Shown here: piece after piece, positions 27,986 through 41,770 of the stretch
Position numbering within the stretch: the first letter of the stretch is position 1
Layout: every line of letters begins with the position of its first letter
NCBI RefSeq assembly: GCF_026571515.1
Contig: NW_026854124.1
Location: 558,001-622,000, forward strand
DNA from: Ruditapes philippinarum
Taxonomy: Eukaryota
Direction of reading: 5' to 3'
DNA length: 64,000 bases
Made by a program: the position numbers and the translations under genes
The notes under the pieces: model-generated
Seen by the model: the letters and a program-made list of their open reading frames with translations, nothing else
Told to the model about the DNA's origin: nothing
Database searches by the model: none

Positions 27986-28286
27986 AGAGATTTTGCATAT
28001 CCCGAATATCTCTCGTGAACAAACTAAATAAAAACGAGTCTGCAATTGTCAACTATATTCGTTTTTGTTGCCATTGCTCTCGAACGACAAATCTTAAAGC
28101 ATGAAATTTAATATCAGTTTTTGTAAATTCAAATAAATAACATACAAAACCTGAAGGTGATATGATCGTCAAAACTTGTCCATATTAGACAGTAATTTTG
28201 AAATATTTTGAATAATTATTACTGATAAATTCGAATGGACATTTTTTGCTTTGTGATATTGTTATTCATGGTGCATTTAGGTGTAT

Positions 28287-28624
28287 GGTTTGTTTGGTTT
28301 GGTTTTACTGCGCACCAACACAATTTAGGTCATATGGCGCCGAAACAGACACGATGATTTTGGCTAACCTGTTATAAACTTAAAGCAACAAAAGGGGTCA
28401 AAACCATCTCACCTGCTGGAGCTCATCGTCGATTGCCCACGGTATACTCGTATATTCCGTATATACTAGATAATGAAGTATGAACGGAATAACCGTAACC
28501 ATCGTAGGTAACCGTCGATGGCTGGAGCTAAGAGATGCTTAGACTCCAGTAATTCGAACCCATTTAGTCGTCTCTTATGCTCACGCAGGGATAATCGTTG
28601 ACTGCAATTATGGTGCCCCAACCC
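28287..28624 (-). mobile_element. SINE-like retroposon with a non-tRNA head, interrupted by a 97-bp insertion
   Basis: Minus-strand tail AGGTTAGCCAAAATCATC..CTGTTTCGGCGCCATATGACCTAAATTGTGTTGGTGCG + (CAAA)-type repeats, closely matching 13922-13992. Confidence 0.7.
28424..28520. mobile_element. 97-bp fold-back MITE with 9-bp target-site duplication
   Basis: Termini CATCG...CGATG; outer arms match 15/20; inner arms TATTCCGT/ACGGAATA and ATACT/AGTAT; flanked by the perfect direct repeat GCTGGAGCT (28415-28423, 28521-28529). Confidence 0.8.
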
Positions 28625-30056
28625 TTTAAGGCACCCTCAGCCACCAGAGAATCTAAAAGTATGCTGTGTTACATATAAAGAAATTATTAGTGAAAGTGTA
28701 CATATCTCATGAAGAAAGACACTCTATTCAATACTACCTACACATTCGAAACAAATTCTGCCTTATGCAAAAGTCGAAAATTAGCAAATTCTTTAATATT
28801 TATGTAAACTAAGATTGCCTGGTCTTAGATGTATATTGTGAAAACAGATTAAATTTTAGTATACATGACAGATATGAATATTTAGTAATGTATTATTACT
28901 ACCAAGAAGTCACTTCCAATAAAGCTGGAATGTTGCCATAAATAGTATAACTATTACAGTATTTGTGTAATTTAAAACTAAACAGAAAAATACCAAGATA
29001 TTTCAACATACAAGAAATGTAAATCTTCTCCGTCGTTTCAATTCTGATTGTATGTGTATGTTATTCACTGTCTTGCCATGAAACCTTTTGAAATTTGACA
29101 AAAATAAACTTATGAAATTATCAAGCTTAATATTATGATTATATGTAAGTAAGCTTGATTTCACATAAAGGATTATCTTTCTTAACAATATTTTTTTTAA
29201 ATCACTTATTTTTTTTAATTTTATATATAAACCTTCTTTATCAATGTGCATGAAATTGTACATCAGAATTAGCTGAAAAACTGTTTTTTTCACTGCTTTT
29301 AAAATCTTGTGATATTGAAATGAATGATTTATTATAGAACTATTTATACAATCATGTTCATACAAATTGATTAAATATACCTCGTATGTCTTGGTCTCTC
29401 TTTGGTAACATCTTATGCTGAATTCAGAATATTTTACTCTTCTTATCCAATATTAGGGCGTTTTTCTTTTCGTTTTTGCTGATAATAAATGAAATATTCA
29501 CAAGTGTAATAGCTAATTTTTTATACAAGTATTAAAAATAAAGATTTTATGTGGCTTCTATCAATTATTTCCTCATTAACGAAATAGATGAGAATATTGA
29601 CAAATGTGTTGCTGTAAAAACACAAAGTGGTTTAGTTTGTAATAAGTTACAAGTTTATATTTAAAATGTCAAAGTTTCTTTATGCGACAATCTTTCCTTT
29701 CGTGTTTTCTTTTCATATGATAAAATATCATTCTAAAATAAACTTCTTTTTTCTTAAATACTAACCATGTCGTTTACATGTGCGGCACTGGATAATATGT
29801 TTTTAAAAATGACTTTGTTTCAAAATAATGTACACAATAATATCAAACGGGACTCTTTAATATTATATTACACTTTATTTCCCATTTTCATAGATTTTAA
29901 CATAATAGAAGAAAAAACATATATATATAAATGTACAATCACAATCATTACAAGTTATACAATAATTCAACATAGCAAATATAGGTCATGGTGTAAACAT
30001 AGGTTAAGCACATAAATTTATATGCATCATAATATAATTTATACATATTTACATTT

Positions 30057-30201
30057 NNNNNNNNNNNNNNNNNNNNNNNNNNNNNNNNNNNNNNNNNNNN
30101 NNNNNNNNNNNNNNNNNNNNNNNNNNNNNNNNNNNNNNNNNNNNNNNNNNNNNNNNNNNNNNNNNNNNNNNNNNNNNNNNNNNNNNNNNNNNNNNNNNNN
30201 N
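30057..30201. other. Assembly gap (145 N)
   Basis: Run of N. Confidence 1.
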
Positions 30202-31999
30202 TAAAATTAGTGCTTAAACGAAACGAAAACAAAAACACTAAAAATGGATTAACATCTAAGTACGCTTATTGTTTGATATCAAGGAATTATATAAGCTTAA
30301 TAACAGCAGAGTACCAATAATGTTATGTATGTATTTGTCGACTCGCCGTAAAGCACAACTCAAATGTCTGGTATCTTGATTGTAAAAAAGAGTGCAGAAG
30401 TACGTATGTTTGTCAAATAATTCATAAATACTATTGGACGTAATGTATACTTTTTCTGGTTCATTATCTACATTATTGTACAAAGTGTAATTCATCATAT
30501 TGCAATATGTACAATGTGTATGTACTGGTATGTCACGAGCGAGAAATATATAAATATATTATAAAAACCATTACCATACGTGTGGGTTTTTTTTAAACCT
30601 GTAAATGGTATACTTAGAATTTTGACACCATTGAACAAACACAACTCTATTTTTCTTGTGTTTTTTATCGTATGTGTCTGAACAATTATTGTCTGGAAGG
30701 GATAAAAAACTAGAGAGGGAAGAAATTGGACCGAACTAAAACTGACAAAATCAACATCGGAAAAGAATCATTTCAAAAAGTCAAGGCGTCGAAAATCGCG
30801 CCAAGTTCGGTAAATTTGGTTTGTAAGATTGATTTTACTTCAGAAATGATTTATGACCGGTTCTGACACAACTGTTCGGCTCGTGTTACGCATCTAATTG
30901 GCCGATATCAAAAATGCATATGATCCTCGGATGAGGCTGTTGAAAATATAGCTCGTGCAATCAGAAATGTCGTTTCCCTGTGGGGATGCCTGGGAATCTA
31001 GTCTGAACCATATGGAATATGTAAATACAATCGAAAATAGTTCGCAATGATAAAAAACAATATCATTGTCTCCTATTACATCTTGTTTTTTTTCATATGT
31101 TTGGAAAGAAACGAAAATGAATCATCATATGTTTTAATATACTTATTTCTATATTTGTGCTGTGTATGAGAGATCTAGTTATTTTATTATTTGCATATTA
31201 TCACTAATGCGTAAAATCTAAAGACTTAAATTTCATTCACACACACTTGTTTGCGTCGTGTTGGTTTCTAGAGAGCTATTTTAGTTTTTAATTTTCGTGC
31301 ATGATATAAATTTTTACAGAGTTAATGCATGATTTGATGTCATTGATTTCAAATGTTTTATTCATTGCGCGACACCCCAATGTGTCCATACTTTACAAAG
31401 CACAATAGTTCAGTGTCCCTACAAATATTATAATTAAATTTACTGATAATTTTAGCACGGAAACAAACAATGCATTAACGATTTGATATGCATCATTAAA
31501 AACGGTAAAATAGTCCCATGTTCTTACTTTCTTGTTTATAAATCAAAATAATAAAAACAAACATTTCTTCTAAGTTGTTCTCGATATATTCCCTCAAATA
31601 ATTTGTATGGAACAAAACAGAATAAACGTAACATTTTATAATATTTAGCACAAGGGAATAGTGATAAAAAATAAATACAGTCACATTTATCCTTCACATT
31701 GTCCATATACTATAAGTTGTTTTTTTTTAAAGATTATTTAAACATTGTGAAATTATTTGTTGTCATTTCATGTCAAATATTTTATTGATACATTTGCACA
31801 TTACAAACAATTAAACAAATAATTATTATTTAAAATAAAAAACCATTGTCATCAATAATAAGTAAGTGTACATCTGTTATTTGTAATTTTATTTCGCTTA
31901 ACAAAATGTGATTATGACGTACATTTAACGTAGAAAGTGTGAGAATGCAAATTGCAATAACTCGCAACGTTTGTTCTATAAAAGTAACTGCATCACATA

Positions 32000-32182
32000 A
32001 TAAAACATAACCTACTGTCTTAAATGGACATGACAAGTTTTCATTTTGTTCATATTTTTGAATATCAAGATGAATATGTTCGTCAGCCAATAGTATTGAG
32101 TTTGGTCAGATGTGCAGGTTGACGTGGCTCAATACTTGTGGCAAAGGCTTGTCATTTTTGGGTTGAGCCGATTAAGGGCTAA
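32000..32182. mobile_element. Degenerate copy of the same MITE family
   Basis: CTTAAATGGACA, GATGTGCAGGTTGA, internal hairpin AGTATTGAG/CTCAATACT, terminus GATTAAGGGCTAA. Confidence 0.55.
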
Positions 32183-33759
32183 GAATATATTGCAATACTT
32201 TTCAAAAGATATATTTATATCAAATAGATAATTAAGTAAAAACGCTATTTACTTACCATCGTTTCTTATATTTTAATGTGAAAGAAGACATAAAAATTCA
32301 TTTTTTATGTACGTACATACATTTATTTTAAGTAATGGTATGTTAATCACGATGAAAATTTTAACATTAGCCTTTTTTATTTTGCCTTCCCTTTATTTTC
32401 AACATGAGTATATTCCTGATGCAATTCTTCAACCTGAATAATTTTTCAACTTTTTTGTTTTACTGTATTCTTCCGAATCGGATTAAAATGAAAAATTATT
32501 TCAGCTGTAATGTTCCTTCAATCATAAACAGATTTAAAAATAGTTATTTAAAAATACTGAAAGTTAAACGCTTATTTTTCTTCAAAAGTTTATTCACATT
32601 TACGTTAAAGAACTACACACCAAATCACAGAAAAATACAAGTTCTTGGTAGCTTTTTGTCGGCGACCTCATAGACAATAGGAGATCGCTTTCCAAAAGTC
32701 TATTACACGGGATCGACAATAGAATCTTTAGGGAATTAGAGAATTTGATTCTTCAATTAGAATTTGAACATTTTCCATGGCATTTAAATCATCCTTTTGC
32801 ACTCTGCCTGTATTGTTTCATTTAACATCGATGAATTATTCATACTAATGTTACAGATACAACACAAAAGGCGATAATTCTGTCACCGAAATGATAAATG
32901 AGTTGTTTAGACTGTGTTTCAGCGACACTTAAATTATAACTAGTATGTGTCTGTACAAATACAATAAGGATTTTAAAGTCCATTTGAATATCTTGTACAC
33001 CGATTTTCGTTCTTAGCGGAACACGGCTATATCTCCTTTTAATGGAATTATTTATCCGTGGCAGGGATTTCTGAAAAATAAAGAATTAGAAAATTAAGTC
33101 GGGCGATGTAATGTGGGTAATGAGGTAGAAAGGACTAAACGGTCTCCTGCTAGGATGCCTAACGTATGAAAATAAATAACAATTACCGGTGTAAAAATGA
33201 ATTGAAATAATGCTAATTTGCTAGTTATTGCAAACACGGGGGAGGTATTTCAGTACATTGTTGACGACTGAAATAAGGCGTTTTAACTTTTCGAACAATT
33301 ATTACGTGTTGTACATTATCAGTTGCATATTCTGTGCATTTGTTTTGTATCTTTTATTTGAAAGGCCTGAAAAATGATTGCTGAAAGAAAAAGGAAATTA
33401 AGTTAAAATAAAAATGCTTTACTTTACAAACGGAACATATACTTTTGTTTTAAAACATGAAATTAATTTATAAGATCTTTTGTATTGCAGATGACAAAAT
33501 CAGAGAGTTCAATTTAATTTTTTAAGCGAAATATACGACATCATTGAGAAGGCATTGCGTACAAGGATTGATGTAAACACTTTAATAAAATTTTAGTTAA
33601 AAACGATAGCAACGCAATTTTCTTTTAGAATAATCAGTCAATAAGAGATCTCTTCCTATTGAGACATTTCCGCGACACAAACAGTTTGGCGTCTCTAATT
33701 TCCAGAAAATACTACCATTCCACGAAACATGGAAATCAATTTATCGCTGGCTCTATTCG

Positions 33760-34140
33760 TGATCTGATCAGTAAACTCGATTAGCTTGTCGCCAAGCCTA
33801 ATGGACAGATGACGCGCTTGACTTTTCTACCGATGTAGCAGTATGCTTTGATCTTTACCGCTCTATGGCATCAGAATGACAATAAGCGATAAATCAAATT
33901 TGCTCCACTCGAAATGGCAGCGACGTTTCTAACTCGAATACGCACGTGCCGTAGACGCAGGCCACTCATTGATGTCGTCAGGGCAACGCACGCGCAGCAA
34001 ACAACGTATTGTTTATATATCCGTGAGGTAAAAACTCGCGCCAATTTGCATATTAATTCAAACAAGGTCAGTTCCCTGTGAAAAGTGATGTTTCCGATGA
34101 CTTGCTCGTTTCAAAGCGTAATTGGTGTTTCGCGTTTACT
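33760..34140. promoter_or_regulatory. CpG-dense island; candidate distal promoter or enhancer
   Basis: Appears to be the highest CpG density outside the exon (GACGCGC, CGCACGTGCCG, CGCACGCGC, TCGCGCC). Contains E-box CACGTG, CCAAT overlapping octamer ATTTGCAT, and donor-like GAG|GTAAAA and AAG|GTCAGT. Confidence 0.4.
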
Positions 34141-35631
34141 TTTTCCTTGTTGCAACTCGTAGCTTATGCCAGAGTGGATACAATATGTTGTGCACTAAAC
34201 AAGACCCCTACACCTGTGAATTAATTAGTTAAATTGTTACACGCGTTCAAAATACTGGCGTGAATTTGAACAGATTGTTTGAATGCTTGTTAAATTCATT
34301 TTTATTGTGTATTCTAAAAACAATATTCATTTAAAACATCTGACAGTAGTGTGGCACGGTTTTACTCAATCTGAATTTTTGAAACTATTTATATGTCAAT
34401 TATATGACAAATGTTTGCATGTTAGTTTTGTATCTCATTTGTCCATTTGAATTGATATATTGTTTATTTGATCTAGTGATTTCTTCGTTCTGTTTTCAAC
34501 CGAACTCTAAATCACACGGTATAACTCTATATCCCAAGAAACAAAACTGAACTTATTGCCAATGACCAAAAACGTTCCGCCTTTCATGATCTGCCAGAGG
34601 TAGACAGAAGTCAAGCCAAACATTCAGACATGTGTCAGTCTGGTTTACGGAATTTGTGTTGTTTTGCATTGTTCTCTGTACCGAGTAACACGTGGATTTT
34701 TAAACCAGTCTGATTGTTATTCAAAGGGGGCTATCCTTTGTATAAAAGCTCAACATTAGTCTGTTTCTTGTTTCGAAAGTGTAAAATTGGAATGCGCGTA
34801 GATAAGATAGTCAACAAAAGTGGCACCCGAGTCTCGAGTCATCAATCAATGTGTGGCATAATTTGCTATTGACCTGGACATTTACTGGTTTATAAGTACT
34901 TAGTAATCACACTGGCTATTATTGCAAGTCGAGCAAATCGAATCCGTTCAGCTTTCACGGCAAGCGGCCTTTATAAACATTACATCTAGAATGCTCACAC
35001 TTCTTGGAAACCTGTTCCAATCGGCAATTTGCTTACATAAGCGGGCGCAGCTGTCTGCTTGTATCATGTAAAATGTTTTGTTACATCATAGATAATTATG
35101 TATAGTACAAATAAACATTTAGTTTTGTTGAGAATCAACATGTACGTATCAGTCATGTTATTAGAAACATGTTTTTGTGACATGATGTACATTTTGTAGT
35201 CTCAGTTTCTTCAAATATAATTATTATAATATATTTATCAATGATTTTTTTTAAAAAAATATAATATAACGGGATAGATTTAAAAAATATAATAACATTA
35301 AAATAAATATGGGAAATTTAAATAAGAGGTGGGATAAATAAAAAACATACAAGTAACTAAATACAATTAAATTAATCTTTTAAAGAGAATAGACGTATTT
35401 ATCTCTCTAAACATATTAGGAAAATTTGTAGTAAGAATTCAGTTCGATAATGCACTTCGTCTATTTTTTTAAGTATAAAATGTTAGTTTTGTATTGAGAG
35501 TTTGTATTGCTTCTCAAAAGATGCACGATTTGACTTGGCGCGATAAGTAAGCTAATAGCAAATGAACGACTCAAACATCGCACTGTTTTTGTTTTATGAT
35601 TTTGTTAATGTTTTGTTTTATTATTAATATA

Positions 35632-35667
<36 letters not shown>
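35632..35667. repeat. (ATT)12 microsatellite
   Basis: Direct reading. Confidence 0.95.
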
Positions 35668-38600
35668 TTTATTTGTTAGTGTAAGTAATAACTCTTTTGT
35701 TATATGTAATATACGTCCCCCATCCAATTAATATTTATGGTAACATAACAAATTTACGATTACCGACATATAAGTCGTTTTATAAGTTTGTCAGTAATAT
35801 ATCAAACTTACATACGGTTTACTAACTTATAACTTATACAATATTTTGACACTTATGATTTTCAGTATGTAAGACTATATCTTAAAATATACGATGATAA
35901 TACATAGATAATTGAAATAGTAATTTGATCATTATTTTATGATTCAGTATAATAATTACTTAATACTGTAGGTTAATAGACGCCGAGCAACTAGCATACA
36001 TGGAAGTCTAAAAAGAGTAAAACTTGTCGGCAATGTATGTCAATATTTCTGAGAGTTACCGTAGAGTATATGTTTACTTAACTATATTACAAAACACTTT
36101 CATACATAATAGATAAGTAATAAGTCAAGCGACTGTATCATTTCTATTTCCAGCAGAACCAATCACTTAATTGATTTAGTAGATCTATTTTTAGAAAACA
36201 TACAATCTATTGTTATTTTGAATGTTTTCGCTGTCGATAGTCTATAAAAAATATGTTTTCTAGACAAACAAGTAGATTTGCTTTAAAGTGGAGTTGCAAC
36301 ACTTGTGTATATTGTGCTCTTCCAGTAATCGGTGGTCAGTACTTTAGAGTTTATTAAGTTCTTGTATCGATAGAAGAGTTTAAATAGTTGCTGTTTTACA
36401 AGTCTGCTTAAAACATGGTCATGTAATTAATGAAACAGTTCACTATTAAATCAATGATGTAAAGTTTATATACGCAGTAAACTTTGAAAATGTGCTTTCT
36501 GTTGGCCTCGTTTTGCATACTTTTGCAGTGCAATGAAAGACTAGAGGTAGGCGCAAAAATAAAGGGTTCAATTATATAACTTATAATAATCAAACACTTT
36601 CTTTGGTCGTCTAATTATGTTCTTTACTAACATGTCACATTAAAATAAAAAGTATGAGCTTTATTCATATTTGAATCATAAACTATTTAGTCTAAAACCT
36701 GTCGTCACTCAAACCATTCCTAGAATGTCATGGGAATTGATACGCCATAAACATAATAACGTCAAGGAAAATGCTGAAGTAACGTTGAATGATTCACCGT
36801 CGTATCAGCCATGCTGAAATAATTCTTAAGATACAATAACAAAAGAACCTATTGCAATGCCATTTAAAATTATTTTGGTGTGTGACTGACCATACCACTG
36901 GTGTCCTTTTGGTTACTTATTTATGAATTAATTAATCTAGTCTTAGATATTGATTGAGAAGTAAGTTCAAAACGTACTGGCTTTCTTGGCCTGGCACAGA
37001 AAACAGCAATCTATCTCTCTTTTTTCTTGAGAATATCAGATAACAGATTGTTTTAAAACCACACTTTACATGACAGCAATACTCTTGTATTTGTAAATGT
37101 TGGTTTGAATTGTATCTGGAATGTTTCTGTTAATCACCACTGAGTACGCAAATATTTGCAGCGAAAGATAAGTAAACATTTTAACACGGTGTGTTTGAAA
37201 ACAATGTGAGTTATTTGCTTTAGGAGGAACAACTTTCTGACAATCAAACGTACGTATGTTCAACGGTTTAAAACACATGTGTCTAATTCGTGGGTTTTAG
37301 ATCTTCCCTTTAGTCATTTTGCAATGGCTCAGATTATCATAAAAATTTAGTTTAAATTACCACGCTTAAACACAAAATTAATACATTATATTATTTTGAC
37401 ATGTATAATATTATTATTGGAAGTATCGGCCTCTAATATGTTATCTTTATAAAAATAAATGTTATCTTAAATATTCCACGAAAGTAGTATTAGTAAAATG
37501 ATTGCTTTAGTAAATGTATCCTTTGAAATTCGTTTGATCAATTAACGGCAAAAATGTCAGAGCCAATATCGGTCACGGTTGTTTATCACAGGTTTTTAAT
37601 TATAGAATATTTCATGTTTTCGAAATAAAGATAAAAGTACAATTGATGGAAATGGTTTGTTATGAAACAGAAATGCCTGCTTAAATAAATGCCTGGTCTG
37701 AATAAAGAAAGTTAGTGTATATAAATAATGCATGGAAATACTTATATACATTTAGGGCCAACACACCAAACGGAATATTAGTTCGTTAAATGATTATTGA
37801 CGAAATAAGTCTACATCTTCCGAATGTTTAAACATTCAATTGATCATTATATACGTGCTTGATGTTTGACAATAATCTTAACTACTAGATTAGGATGATC
37901 ACATCAAAGAATGGCTTGAAATAAGTGCCGTAATGGAGTGGTACCTTAAACAATGTATACATCTGCATTATACAGGAATACGAACAGGTTCTAGAAAGGA
38001 AGTTAACTTCCGATGTATATAAAGTGGGCACCACAAACTTGTTTGACTGTTATGTTTTTATCAAAGGAATTCGGTTTTTACAATATATGCATAACGTTAT
38101 GTAAATGATTGATTACTTTTAGAAATGATGTTATGATAATAATATCTTTCAAGCTTATTTGAGCATGCTTTTATGTTATATCTTTGTAAAATATTTCGCT
38201 ATAAATTGACAATACTTATGATAGTTACCATAAATTATAACAATTAGTTAGTAACATGTTCACAAGTTTGGGATGTTTAGACGACGAAATACATTGTAAA
38301 ACATTGACGAATATTCTTATACATAAAACAAGATCCCCCTTTTCCGTATGTATTTATATCTATCCTTTTAACTTTTTCGATAAGGGGCGGTGTATGACAG
38401 GCCAATATAAGCAAGAGATATAACTATTATAAATACACAACATGTCTCTTCTGTACTGATTCATTACACATTTATCACATATACAAATTAACGCATGTAA
38501 ATTGTTTTGCTACAATTCAAGCAATTTCTTTTGAATCGGACACTTATAATTTAAACCACCTTACTTAAAACTTTCATTGCCTAAAGAACGTTTATTAATA

Positions 38601-41539
38601 TAATAATATACTAAGTATATCTGAAAGATAAAACGTATAATAAGTACTTAAGTCTTTGACTTCTTTGAAGGTCATCTGCGTCTGTAAATAATTACTTTTT
38701 AATTCCATAAAACCAGTTTTATATTTTTCATTTCCGATGTTCTCGCGTATCAAATCAATAGGTTGGCGCTCAAAGTTCTTAAGGTAAGCTGTACTTCGGT
38801 GAGTTTTTATTCATTTTTGCGGTCACATATCAATGAAAAATTGCTGTTTTTGTAATTTTCATATATAACCTGGCTATTAAAGACTGAGTACAAAATATAT
38901 CAATTTTCTTTGATACATGTTTAGAGATAAATTTTAATCGTAACTTGAAACATTTGACATAACTACCTTAGTTATTTCTAAATGTTGATCAGTTATGATA
39001 AAATATGATATATTTTCATTAAAATCCTGTCGTATAAAGTTAACTGATATATTGATGTAATTTACGTTACGTGGAGAATCGTTTAAAATCTTATATATTT
39101 CTCAAGCTTATCAAAGTATATGAAAGAGAAAAAAATAAATGAAAATGTATCGGGTTTCGTTTTAATTTTTCGCTTGACATTTTCATGACGAGCTGTCGAG
39201 TGTTATCAGAAAAGTGTTTTCTGTTCAAACGATGTGACAAAATTGTCACAATTTTAGTGATGGGCGTCAATATGGTAAAGTAAATCGCTTTTGATCGTTA
39301 GAGCGCATGAAATTTTGTAAATGTCGCGAACAACGTGTTGCTCCCCGAAATATATAAAGATCCTAAACTGTTTAATAGAGATGGGCTATGCCATGCGTGA
39401 AGGGGGTTGGAGATGTATATTTGAATTATCATGTGTTTCACTTTGTAAAAGAATGCCTGAATTATAATGTACAGGTCGAAAATAACATCATATAAAGAAA
39501 TGGGCTTTCAACACACATTTGATTGAAGTTGGTTCAAAAAAAGGATGCAGACCTCAAAGACGATATATGCATATATTTTACATCAAATTTTCAATATTCG
39601 AAAATGGGTGTTTTTTCTGTTTATTATTAAAACAGCTGTTTATGTTAAATATTTGTTGATTTGTGCGATATATGTTGCTTTTTTTAAATTTCCGATTAGA
39701 CTGATTTCGATCACTAGAATTCGAGTTAGAGGATATATCTATTCTACGATCTAATAAATGTTACATTAAATGAGAAGACTTTATTTCATGTCTTCAATGG
39801 CATACTGATATCAAACGATATATTAAAGTTTTCAGACTTACATAGAATTAGTGACTGTGCTTTAGGGATGAGGAGAAAAAATGGTAATATTGACAAACAA
39901 CTTAACTACTTAAAATAAACATATATTATAAAATGATACATTGTTTTACACTGTTACATTTTAGACTGTTTTTGTAAAATAACATTTTTTGATAAATTAA
40001 GACTTCTGCACTGACCATAAGATTATCCATTTGAAATCGAAATACCGCATTTATTAAACAAAACATAATGACATCTGTTTGTTTCAATTTCTATATTAGG
40101 ACAAATGTATGTACTGCATATGAATTATGTTTATTTTTTATGACAGAGCAACCGGCCATTATTCAAAATTTTATAGAGTAAGATTTTAAAAGGTGACTCA
40201 TGTTGAGTAAGAAAATAAAAAAAGTAATTGAAACTTTGCGATCGAAACTGTTAAGTGTGAACAAAAATTCATACTGCAACCGAGAATATTATGCAGTTTA
40301 AATAAAACAAAGTTATATGATCAACAATTTGTTAAGGAACAATACCAGTCGTTGTTTTGATGTGTTTTGTCAAATGAAACGTGCTTCTCCTATAGAGTCT
40401 TATCTCCCTATTCAAAAGTTATAGAAAACTAGCATAATTTTCAAATTTAACTGTTTTTGTAAACAGCTTCAAAACAGGTTTTTGCAAGATTATTTCAGTA
40501 GACAAACATTACTAGATTAGAAACCGGTTTTACTTTAAAGGAATCATTTAGAATATGATTTTGGTTTGGGCAGCGAATATATCTTTGAAAATTTCAAATA
40601 ACTCACACAATTCAAAGTAATGAAGTGAACGTTTCCAAAGCTCCTATTTCACCAGCTTAAACCAAGTGACCACTTGCTCAGTACTTTTACAAAGACGCAT
40701 TTACACCAGGGTCCAGACAGCATTGTCTGCAGAATTATGCGTTTTACCACAACAAAAGAAAGAGTGTATAATTATAATAACAACATTATCAAGGCTTTTA
40801 AGTATAACTAGTTGATTTGGCGAGAAACCAACCAATGGCCATTACGTTTGACTCCCCAGTCTCTGCTTTGTTGACCAAAGTACTTTAATTAATATTTCAG
40901 GACTCAGAAAATCTCGGTATGGCCAGGGACTCACTTGAGAATTAGGCGATAAATTATTGAAATATTGAGATTACAGATAACTTCATTACAATAGCAACAT
41001 TTATTGTCTTCACACCATTGTCTTTGCCACAGGACATGGACTATTATCAACGGAATTATCTAATACACTTACACATGGCTATTATATATGGAAAGTACTT
41101 AAATATGTAATGCAAAAGGAGACACGCCGATCAATTGCGATACAGTGGCTTTTCGTTTTATCTTCAAATTTCGTTATTGCAATAAGTTTAAGAAAACTGT
41201 TAGTTTTAGTATTGTAAATTTGAAAAAATACTTATAAGTGATTTTTGAAGCACCAGTATCACGTGGGACATAACAATTTGCAGAATACATAGAGAAAAAA
41301 TAAAATAGTTTACATACTTTCGGTTATTTTTATTTGCAATGTCATCCTACTTATAAACATGTATATCCTACGTAAAACATATTTAACATGTCGCCATTTA
41401 TCTTTAAGGGTAATATAAATTTAAAAGAATAACAGCAATCGCAATTGCCTTTATAGCAATTACCTAACAAAAGGCAGCTCATCCTATTGCTTCTTTTAAG
41501 AATTCATAGTATTTTCGCATGACGACCAAATACCTTTTA

Positions 41540-41770
41540 ACATAAAATAGTTTTCGCCTCGTGTTAGCGGTCCATAAAACATAACGACTTCAACAATAGC
41601 TCACAACAAGCGTGGAGTATTTAGCGAACATAAAAATTAATTTCACATTACACTAATTATTATTAAGGCAATAAAGCGGTGCTATACCACCAAATTCGCT
41701 GACTCTTCCATAAATCAGTCGGCACGTGAACGAATGTATCAAATAGCACAAGCAACTTCATGGCGGTGAT
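41540..41770. promoter_or_regulatory. Candidate Cdx/Hox-Pbx enhancer about 3.2 kb upstream of Hox3
   Basis: CCATAAAA (41572), CATAAAA (41629), GCAATAAA (41668), CCATAAATCA (41708-41717) and CACGTG (41723-41728), co-oriented, in CpG-retaining sequence. Confidence 0.4.

Noticed and set aside
33822-33880. Possible pre-miRNA hairpin in the CpG island
   Set aside because: Pairing is broken by large asymmetric bulges.
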